From: Eubacteriales bacterium | Lineage (GTDB): Bacteria; Bacillota; Clostridia; Oscillospirales; QAKW01 | Length of the DNA stretch: 64,000 nt | Reading direction: 5' to 3' | Assembly: GCA_045648705.1 (NCBI GenBank) | Contig: JAZROO010000060.1 | Coordinates: 4,238-68,237, forward strand | Part shown: one piece after another, positions 56,101-62,638 of the stretch | How the letters are laid out: each line of letters begins with the position of its first letter | How positions within the stretch are numbered: position 1 is the stretch's first letter | The notes under the pieces: model-generated | What the model saw: the letters and a program-made list of their open reading frames with translations, nothing else | Told to the model about the DNA's origin: nothing | Database searches by the model: none | Program-made: the position numbers and the translations under genes

Positions 56101-58121
56101 TGACAATTGCAGACAATAATGGTGATATTTTATCCGAACTTTATTCACCCAGAGCACCCATGGATATTTATTCCTCACTTTATATTCAGCAATACGGTGA
56201 AGGAGGCGGAGGCGGAGAATCAACACGCTCGGATTTTGAAGACACTCCCGCATTCATCAATGGACAAACAGGTGCAGACGGCAAAGCAAAAGTTTCCTTC
56301 AATTTGCCGGATAGTTTGACTCGTTGGACAATCAGTGCACGCGCCATCACCAAAAATGCTGCTGCTAACGATACGCAAATTGAAATTGTCTGCACTAAAG
56401 ATATGTTTATTTCAGCGAAAGCCCCTGTCGGCGCTAAACCGCTTGACGATATCGTTATTCCCTACCGTTGTGATGGTTCGAAAATCTCAAAAGATAGCAC
56501 CATCAACATAACCGCAACGCTCTTGAAAGACGAGGCCGTCATCGGCACACAAAATGCTCAATATGACGCTACTAAATTACAATATTTTAATTTTGGTAAG
56601 CTAAAAGAAGGAAGTTACTCTATTCAAATAGATGCAACCTCCAAAACCGCTACCGACAGCATAAAAATACCTTTTGAGATTGTTTCAAGTAATCTCACTG
56701 TGAATACCATTAGTCAGCTGAATGAGCAATCCGATAGTGTCAGCGAACTGATACTAACGGATATACAATACGAACAATATACAAAACTGCTAAACCAATT
56801 ATTGATTAGTGGAAGCAGACGTATTGACCACGCCATTGCCGAACAATATGCACTGGCAATCAGCGAACACTTTGACCCCCTTGCCTACACAGATGTTGAT
56901 TGGGAATTTTTGAACGATTTCTGCATCAACGGTGGATACGCTCCTTATGTTGCCAGTGGCGAAAGCGACCTATTTTTGACTGCACGCATCGCTTCCCTCT
57001 TCCCCGAGGAGATTGACAAAGAATTCGCTTTATGGTATTTCAACGGCATTTTAAGCAACAAAGACGCCACATTGGAGGATATACTCTGTGCGCTTTGGGG
57101 CAAGGCATCATTACATGAAGCAGTTGAAAAGGATCTTGCTTATTATTACGGTGAAGGCAATACGCTCAGCACCGAGCAACAATTGTATATCGCACTTGCC
57201 TATGCCTACAGTGGAAACCATACCGCCGCAAACGAAATTTATTTAAAGCACATTCAGCCAAAGCTGATAAGAAATTCATCCGGCGCTTATCTTGAAGACA
57301 AAGATCCTTATATCATGGATCGTTGCAACAGTATGCTTTCTTTCTTGACAAGTCGCATCTCTTCAAAAGACGCCGATGCCATTTTATCATATCTGCAACA
57401 GAACGATTCAGAGACCGTTTTGCTCAGTCTTGAAATAATCGCCTATCTCTTGGATTACACACCAAACCTGGAAGGCAAAAACAGTGCTAAAATCACATTT
57501 GCAAACGGCGACGAGACTATCGTTGAATATCCAAAAATCGCGCCTTTTACATTCAAAATGAATCCCGAGGATTCTGTCGGTCTTACAGTCGAGTCTTTGC
57601 AAGGCGAGTCTATCGTCCGATTTAACAGTTCCACAAGCAGCACATTTATTCAAAAGAACGGCAAAAAAATCGGTGCCATTCCTTGCTATATTCCGCAGGT
57701 TGTAAATCTCGGCGATGATATGCCGATCAACATATCGGTTAACACAGACCAATTGAAAAGTAATAAAATAAACATCGTTTTCCCAAGTGGCATCCGCTAT
57801 CTTCAAAAATACATTGCCACCAACGACAACGTGTTTATTGAAGCATCAAAAGATTCTCGCTTTTTAACCATAACAACTGCTGATGTTGGTAATGTCGACA
57901 TTACTCTCTACTGCAAAGCAGCTTTACCCGGTTCATTTGTTTTTGAACCAATGATTTGTGTTGAAGACGAAAATCTAAATTACTTGGCAACCGACCCCTG
58001 CGAAATAACAATTGTAGATATTTTAAATCCAATTGAAGAAATTTCTGATGAAGAAGTTGCTGATGAAGAAACTTCTGACGAACAACCCCCATATGAAGAA
58101 ATAACTCCGAACGAACCTTAA
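53181..58121 (+). CDS. 1646-aa single-pass membrane protein: short cytoplasmic N-terminus, one membrane helix, an SbsA/Big_5-type Ig domain, then an alpha-2-macroglobulin-like (MG domains plus a thioester-less TED-like region) exodomain. Putative anti-sigma factor.
   Basis: The start overlaps the sigma gene stop (ATGA), and GGAGG lies 8 nt upstream. Membrane helix FKLIGGCVSIFLIVTGISFYLW. A2M hallmark RSDFEDTPAF...FNLPDSLTRWTISARA. At the position of the GCGEQ thioester the sequence is HAIAEQ. Confidence 0.75.
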   Translation: MKVSDLLNQLKRYIAPNPEAIQAEIYAEIRATQRAKKSFYFKLIGGCVSIFLIVTGISFYLWNYFTFDSSTNITGDVANLSPIVYVAPKYEKNNAALTNASINIVTKNSMSVKEVEKCISFTPEASYTIKKKGINRFELNLNDQLKSNTSYTLSSKIENKTIYRWSLQTESPFQITNAYPVGEHEIDINTAIEVSFSESGVNAFEEYFNIVPKVPGTFKHNGRNWLFLPSEPLQPYTVYTVSISSDIANTDGETLNEDYVFSFTTGPSDDKWAYVDNNTFDIADIFSTNTVPYVSVYAKGMTSATADITIYKLPDSQSYQDLHSKYNKDAIISANIINDVNALQCPIQSQFSVSAIKSPDNDQLYYFNYPKEMEAGYYVTQINWNGIKLYQLLQINDLIVYAAAHDGSYVVWVNNAQTALPADNVVVKIGDQTEKTDQNGIATIKKTDDDAESTYISISADTILPYILHAQNSTDETPNAISDYYTFLYTNSTIYHENDTLKVWGTVIKRFQNSKEPTVTLYAHWNDTEYAVKLDSNGAFNFEIPIKNYKLDQYSELALRINGYDCNSKYFAVVDYELPAYSLSMQADKNAYFAGNEIHYNINASYFDGTPVGNLSLNDNNNATLVTDHLGTAQYSKAAKIDPEVYEYTLSSCKPQINWQYFETNSSIGATAFAETPTLVFENNEFLGAELKKETNGYTIDIKTNKITLDKINQMSASEFSDIYEDTPTEYFLGDAVDKKITLEIHEITYDRNKIDSYYDPIQKKLQFKYEYIPKDSVIKSDTFTTKDGLATLENYVIPSSEGIRYLKLSMKDAAGKNCFVTIYIDHQVEEDRDQYEFSGIDHNADKNEKLLFNVYDPNTKQKLIGSFVYLVVGDDYFKAGISESGSASFVFDEKCLPDVTLFGAYFDGKFLHPVTPHNITADISEKKLNIQIVSDKKEYAPGDTVTLDVVTTNPEGAPVNASFNINVMDQALLTIADNNGDILSELYSPRAPMDIYSSLYIQQYGEGGGGGESTRSDFEDTPAFINGQTGADGKAKVSFNLPDSLTRWTISARAITKNAAANDTQIEIVCTKDMFISAKAPVGAKPLDDIVIPYRCDGSKISKDSTINITATLLKDEAVIGTQNAQYDATKLQYFNFGKLKEGSYSIQIDATSKTATDSIKIPFEIVSSNLTVNTISQLNEQSDSVSELILTDIQYEQYTKLLNQLLISGSRRIDHAIAEQYALAISEHFDPLAYTDVDWEFLNDFCINGGYAPYVASGESDLFLTARIASLFPEEIDKEFALWYFNGILSNKDATLEDILCALWGKASLHEAVEKDLAYYYGEGNTLSTEQQLYIALAYAYSGNHTAANEIYLKHIQPKLIRNSSGAYLEDKDPYIMDRCNSMLSFLTSRISSKDADAILSYLQQNDSETVLLSLEIIAYLLDYTPNLEGKNSAKITFANGDETIVEYPKIAPFTFKMNPEDSVGLTVESLQGESIVRFNSSTSSTFIQKNGKKIGAIPCYIPQVVNLGDDMPINISVNTDQLKSNKINIVFPSGIRYLQKYIATNDNVFIEASKDSRFLTITTADVGNVDITLYCKAALPGSFVFEPMICVEDENLNYLATDPCEITIVDILNPIEEISDEEVADEETSDEQPPYEEITPNEP

Positions 58122-58135
58122 AACCACTAAATAAC

Positions 58136-58170
58136 TATCCCCCACGGGAGACGAGCTCCCGTGGGGGATA
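58136..58170 (+). terminator. GC-rich 15-bp hairpin after the large gene
   Basis: TATCCCCCACGGGAG / CTCCCGTGGGGGATA. There is no T-run directly after it on the plus strand, but a second hairpin with a T-run follows. Confidence 0.5.
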
Positions 58171-58179
58171 AAAAGAAAA

Positions 58180-58207
58180 AAGACGAACTGAAAAGTTCGT
58201 CTTTTTA
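58180..58207. terminator. Bidirectional intrinsic terminator (rplS on minus, large gene on plus)
   Basis: AAGACGAAC / GTTCGTCTT flanked by TTTTT on both strands. Confidence 0.75.
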
Positions 58208-58213
58208 ATTTTG

Positions 58214-58555
58214 TTAGATCTTTTGTTTAACTCTGGCAGCCTTACCAACGCGATCTCTAAGATAGAACAACTTGGCACGGCGAACCTTACCTTTACGTAC
58301 GATCTCAACCTTTTCAACATTGGGAGAGTTGACCAAAAATGTCTTCTCAACACCAACACCATAAGCGACTCTTCTAACCTTAAAGGTTTCAGCAATGCCG
58401 CTGCCACGCTTGGCAATAATGGTACCTTCGAAAACCTGAATTCTTTCACGGTTTCCCTCTTTGATCTTCGCATGAACCTTAACGGTGTCACCAACGTTGA
58501 GTTCAAAACGATTCTCTTTTACTTGCTCACCTGTTACAGCTTTGATATAATCCAT
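58214..58555 (-). CDS. rplS: 50S ribosomal protein L19
   Basis: [37 protein letters not shown] and RRAKLFYLR motifs. The ATG at 58555 sits behind AAGGAGG; the ORF-track start at 58624 is an over-extension. Confidence 0.95.
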   Translation of the reverse strand: MDYIKAVTGEQVKENRFELNVGDTVKVHAKIKEGNRERIQVFEGTIIAKRGSGIAETFKVRRVAYGVGVEKTFLVNSPNVEKVEIVRKGKVRRAKLFYLRDRVGKAARVKQKI

Positions 58556-58656
58556 TGTAACTTCCTCCTTAAAATTCGGACATTCGTACGAGCAATTGCA
58601 GAGGACTGTCCGTATAATCACCAAGATATCATAACATACTATTTTCGATTTTGCAA
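58556..58656 (-). promoter_or_regulatory. rplS promoter plus a structured 5' leader (candidate L19 autoregulatory leader)
   Basis: On the minus strand: TTGCAA (58651-58656), a 17-nt spacer, then TGtTATGAT (58628-58633). The ~70-nt leader contains the CGGACA...TGTCCG stem (58577-58612). Confidence 0.5.
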
Positions 58657-59259
58657 GTACTTTTTATAATTTGTATTTTCAGAAAATCCAAACGTGGTTT
58701 GTTTGGGTGAAATTCTGTATGCTAAAATTGCTATTATCCACGTTACAAAAGTATTTAAAACCGCATACGGCGCCACGGTTACAAGGGTCGCCTCAAAGCG
58801 TTGGTAACGAAGATGACGTCCCAAAACATCAAACATCTCAAGCCAACAGGTATTACCGAGAAACGCTCTTCCGATTAGCAAAGATATTAACATTATTAAA
58901 AAAGCATTTACAATTGCTGCCACGCTCATCGTCCCAAGGCTTGTAATCATTGTATCAAGCCAACCGTATGAAGTCGCCGCAGCAATTAACAAAATTACTA
59001 AAACGACAGGTATCAGCATCAGCACATTTGAAAAACCAAAATAAAACAACGAGTAAATCAATTGACTGATCACAGCCACCGTAACAGCAGGTCCAACGCC
59101 CAATGCAGCAGCGGCATAATAAGTTCCGACATGTTCCAGCCGCATCGGTAACCCGCAATAATAACATATGCCAAAACAAGCAAAATTAGCAATTAAACAA
59201 AAAATGACTTTGAAGGTCATATTTCCCTGTTTTCTATTCATAAACAACAATAAAAACAC
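58639..59259 (-). CDS. Hypothetical polytopic membrane protein
   Basis: Five to six hydrophobic helices. The start is uncertain (GTG at 59259, TTG at 59250, ATG at 59241 or ATG at 59220); GAGGTG at 59258-59263 favours TTG at 59250. Confidence 0.55.
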   Translation of the reverse strand: MFLLLFMNRKQGNMTFKVIFCLIANFACFGICYYCGLPMRLEHVGTYYAAAALGVGPAVTVAVISQLIYSLFYFGFSNVLMLIPVVLVILLIAAATSYGWLDTMITSLGTMSVAAIVNAFLIMLISLLIGRAFLGNTCWLEMFDVLGRHLRYQRFEATLVTVAPYAVLNTFVTWIIAILAYRISPKQTTFGFSENTNYKKYLQNRK

Positions 59260-59262
59260 CTC

Positions 59263-59841
59263 TTATAAGCTTAATTCATCCAACGTAAGATAATAAGCCG
59301 ACAACATATTATCCATAAAATATTGCACACTTTTTAGTGGAATGGCACGAATTTTTGCCACCGTGCTTTCTTTAGCAGTTACGAAATCCTGATTTCCTGC
59401 TCTGATTTCTTGGATGCATTTTAAAAGTGCGCTGATGCGATCAGCTGCTTTAATAATTTGATACGACAGCTCGTCCGGTTGAAAATATTCACTATACTTT
59501 GCGCACAGTTGCGGTGGCAAAGTATTAAGCAAAGTTTGTTCTGCCTTCTTTTCTACTTCCTTATAGACATTGCTCATCTGAGAACTGATATATTTAACCG
59601 GAGTCGGCATGTCGCCGGTAATGATTTCAGACGCATCATGAAACAGCGCAGCCTGCGTAATTTGATCGACATTCAGTGTTCCGCCAAACATTTCATTTTC
59701 AATATTGGCAAGCGCGCCTGCAAGAACTGCGGTTTCAAAACTATGTTCCATTAAATTTTCCTCTCTGTCATTATGCATCAGACCCCAACGATTAATATAT
59801 TTCATTCTTGAAATCAGTGCAAAAAAAGCGTAATTTTCCAT
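59263..59841 (-). CDS. yfbR: HD-domain 5'-deoxynucleotidase (YfbR-like)
   Basis: LSRMKYINRWGLM...ENLMEHSF...LFHDASEIITGDMPTP motifs. Confidence 0.85.
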   Translation of the reverse strand: MENYAFFALISRMKYINRWGLMHNDREENLMEHSFETAVLAGALANIENEMFGGTLNVDQITQAALFHDASEIITGDMPTPVKYISSQMSNVYKEVEKKAEQTLLNTLPPQLCAKYSEYFQPDELSYQIIKAADRISALLKCIQEIRAGNQDFVTAKESTVAKIRAIPLKSVQYFMDNMLSAYYLTLDELSL

Positions 59842-59955
59842 AAAAAAATCCTTAATTTTACCAAAAAATCTTCAAAAGTATAATTTAATTATACCAAATA
59901 TCTTTTCTTTTGCAAGAAAATATGTTAAAATACTTTAAAAAGGAGGATGAACACC

Positions 59956-60498
59956 ATGGTTGAACAAGGCGGATTGCATACACTGGGTGATGTAAAAGCT
60001 TTAGTTTTATATATTTTACATGCTGCTTCCTGCTCACTGGAGAGAGAGCATTTAACCGAAATTATTCTGAACGACGGCTTAGTGGATTATTTTGATTTTT
60101 CACAAGCGCTTCAAGAATTATTGGAAGAAGGATTGATTGACATTGCTTCCTCGGATGAAATGAATACATTTGTTATTACGAACATTGGCATTCAAACTAA
60201 GGAATTATACGAAAAGAATCTTCCCTTCAACGTTAAAAAACACGCGTTGGCCGCGCTGACAAGAGTACTTGCAAAAATCAAACGCGACAGTAACACCCAT
60301 GCCGATATTGTTGCAACAGAAGGCGGCTTTCACGTCACTTGTGCTTTGACAGAAAATAACAAAATATTGCTTGAATACAAAGTTCTTGTACCCGATGAAA
60401 TGCAAGCTCATATTATTGCGGATCAATTTTTGAAAAATCCAACCGAAAAGTACCAAAGCATGATGGCTGCACTCATCGACGAAAACCTTTTTAACTAA
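59956..60498 (+). CDS. DUF4364 family protein (putative winged-helix regulator)
   Basis: The N-terminal pattern LGDVKALVLYILH...L.EIIL.DGLVDYFDFSQALQELLEEGLI matches my recollection of DUF4364. The ATG at 59956 lies 9 nt after AGGAGG; the ATG at 59947 abuts the RBS. Confidence 0.65.
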   Translation: MVEQGGLHTLGDVKALVLYILHAASCSLEREHLTEIILNDGLVDYFDFSQALQELLEEGLIDIASSDEMNTFVITNIGIQTKELYEKNLPFNVKKHALAALTRVLAKIKRDSNTHADIVATEGGFHVTCALTENNKILLEYKVLVPDEMQAHIIADQFLKNPTEKYQSMMAALIDENLFN

Positions 60499-60503
60499 CA
60501 CAT

Positions 60504-60530
60504 AGCAGGCGTTCGCAAAGAGCGCCTGCT
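60504..60530 (+). terminator. Hairpin after the DUF4364 gene
   Basis: AGCAGGCG / CGCCTGCT stem with a weak T-tail. Confidence 0.4.
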
Positions 60531-60571
60531 ACAATTATTTAACGGCTCATAGCACAACATGTGCCCATAAT

Positions 60572-60600
60572 TTGACATTTTATAAAGAGTATAGTACAAT
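60572..60600 (+). promoter_or_regulatory. SigA-type promoter for the topoisomerase pair
   Basis: TTGACA, a 17-nt spacer, then TACAAT. Confidence 0.55.
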
Positions 60601-60630
60601 ATAAAGTATATTTTTATAACGGAGGCCACT

Positions 60631-62616
60631 ATGGCAAAAAAGAAACAATATACAAATGACGATATCCGAAAATTAGTCGGTGCAGACCGCGTCCGTCTGC
60701 GCCCCGGCGTAATTTTCGGTTCTGATGGTTTAGAGGGATGCAAGCACGCAGTCTTTGAAATTCTTTCTAACTCAATTGATGAAGCCAGAGAAGGATATGG
60801 TAACGAAATCATCATCACCAGATACAAAGACCATTCCATCGAAATCGAGGACTTTGGTCGCGGTGTACCCGTTGATTTTAACAACAAAGAAAACTGCTAT
60901 AATTGGGAACTGGTTTACTGCGAATTGTATGCAGGCGGCAAGTACGAAAAGCATAGCGGTGCCAACTATGAATATTCCCTAGGTCTTAACGGTTTGGGCG
61001 CGTGTGCAACACAGTATGCTTCGCGGTACATGGATGTCACTGTTTATCGCGAAGGCAAAAAGTATTCCCTGCACTTTGAAAAAGGCAACAATGTTGGTGG
61101 ACTTACAAGTGAAGAGAGCACACGTAAAAAGACAGGTACCATCACACGTTGGCTTCCCGATTTAGATGTTTTTACCGACATCAATATTGAAAAAGAATAT
61201 TTTGAGGATGTTCTGAAAAAACAAGCAATCGTTAATGCAGGCCTGAAACTGACCTTCCGCAACGAAACCAATACCGGCTTTGAAACCGAGCAATACTATT
61301 ACGAGCACGGCATCGAAGACTATATTTCCGGCATCGCAGGCGAAAGCGCCATGTGCTCCCCTGTTTATTGGACGGATGAACGTGTCGGCAAAGATCGCGA
61401 CGATAAAGATCCCTATAAGGTTAAACTTTCTTGTTGCTTTACTTTTTCCAACAGCGCAACATTGCTTGAATATTATCACAACTCCAGTTTTCTTGAGCAC
61501 GGCGGTGCACCTGATAAAGCTTTAAAGTCTGCCTTTGTTGCAGAATTTGATGCATATCTCAAAACCAACGGAAAATATAACAAAGGCGAATCCAAAATCA
61601 CATTTGTGGATATTGCAGATTGCCTTGTCTATGTTTCCAACTGCTTTTCTACCAAAACGTCTTATGAAAACCAAACCAAGAAAAGCATCACCAACACCTT
61701 CATTCAAGAATGTACCACCGATTTTCTAAGACAGAATTTAAAAATATTCTTGATTGAAAACAGTCTTGCGGCGCAAAAGATTGCAGGGCAAATTCTTGTA
61801 AACAAACGTGCCAGAGAAAAATCCGAAAAAGAAAGAATCAACATTAAAAAAACACTGTCCGGCAGTATTGATATTACCAACAGAATTCAGAAATTTGTTG
61901 ATTGTCAGTCCAAAGATATTTCTCGCAGAGAAGTTTATATCGTTGAGGGTGATTCAGCACTCGGTGCTTGTAAACAAGGCAGAGATTCAGAATTTCAAGC
62001 CATCATTCCCGTACGCGGTAAAATCCTCAACTGCCTGAAAGCAGACTATGATAAAATTTTTAAAAGCGAAATCATTGTGGACTTACTGAAAGTGCTTGGT
62101 TGCGGTGTTGAAATTCCGCTTAAAAACGCAAAAAACTTCCAAAGTTTTAATTTAGAGAATTTACGCTGGAACAAAATCATCATCTGCACCGATGCCGATG
62201 TGGACGGATTTCAGATCCGCACCTTGATTTTAACCATGATTTATCGTTTGACTCCCACCCTTATCCGCGAAGGGTATGTTTATATTGCGGAGTCTCCGTT
62301 GTTTGAAATCATCAACAAAACCAAAAAGAAAACACATTTTGCCTATACCGACGCAGAACGCGACGCTTATATGAAAGAACACGAGAATGATAAGCTGATC
62401 ATCAAACGTTCCAAAGGTCTTGGTGAAAACGAACCGGATATGATGTGGCACACCACGATGAATCCGGAAACGAGAAGACTTGTTAAAATTATGCCTGATG
62501 ACGCCGAAGCAACAGCGGCTATGTTTGATATTTTGCTTGGCGATAATCTACAAGGCAGAAAAGACTATATTTCCGAAAATGGCTACAAATATATGGACGA
62601 TGTTGACCTGTCCTAA
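60631..62616 (+). CDS. Type IIA DNA topoisomerase subunit B (ParE/GyrB-like, divergent)
   Basis: GHKL motifs EILSNSIDEA, EDFGRGVPV and LGLNGLGA. Toprim motifs YIVEGDSALG and IICTDADVDGFQIRTL. Tail KGLGENEPDMMW. Confidence 0.85.
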   Translation: MAKKKQYTNDDIRKLVGADRVRLRPGVIFGSDGLEGCKHAVFEILSNSIDEAREGYGNEIIITRYKDHSIEIEDFGRGVPVDFNNKENCYNWELVYCELYAGGKYEKHSGANYEYSLGLNGLGACATQYASRYMDVTVYREGKKYSLHFEKGNNVGGLTSEESTRKKTGTITRWLPDLDVFTDINIEKEYFEDVLKKQAIVNAGLKLTFRNETNTGFETEQYYYEHGIEDYISGIAGESAMCSPVYWTDERVGKDRDDKDPYKVKLSCCFTFSNSATLLEYYHNSSFLEHGGAPDKALKSAFVAEFDAYLKTNGKYNKGESKITFVDIADCLVYVSNCFSTKTSYENQTKKSITNTFIQECTTDFLRQNLKIFLIENSLAAQKIAGQILVNKRAREKSEKERINIKKTLSGSIDITNRIQKFVDCQSKDISRREVYIVEGDSALGACKQGRDSEFQAIIPVRGKILNCLKADYDKIFKSEIIVDLLKVLGCGVEIPLKNAKNFQSFNLENLRWNKIIICTDADVDGFQIRTLILTMIYRLTPTLIREGYVYIAESPLFEIINKTKKKTHFAYTDAERDAYMKEHENDKLIIKRSKGLGENEPDMMWHTTMNPETRRLVKIMPDDAEATAAMFDILLGDNLQGRKDYISENGYKYMDDVDLS

Positions 62617-62638
62617 GGAGAAGTATTGATGAGTAAAA

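Noticed and set aside
29900-58660. A possible genomic island or mobile element carrying the accessory block (tRNA-Thr lies inside it)
   Set aside because: I recognised no integrase, transposase, recombinase, phage or conjugation genes, and I saw no obvious direct repeat of the tRNA 3' end. Base composition looks similar to the flanks by eye. An inversion explains the layout better (see the finding). I cannot rule out short repeats without a computational search.
58135-58669. ORFs 58135..58506 (-) and 58211..58669 (+) around rplS
   Set aside because: Both overlap the clearly identified L19 gene in other frames or on the other strand, and they span terminator hairpins. They have no RBS and no motifs.
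60495-60887. 130-aa minus-strand ORF across the topoisomerase promoter and 5' end
   Set aside because: It is antisense to the topoisomerase B-subunit start and its promoter and terminator region. It shows no coding signature.
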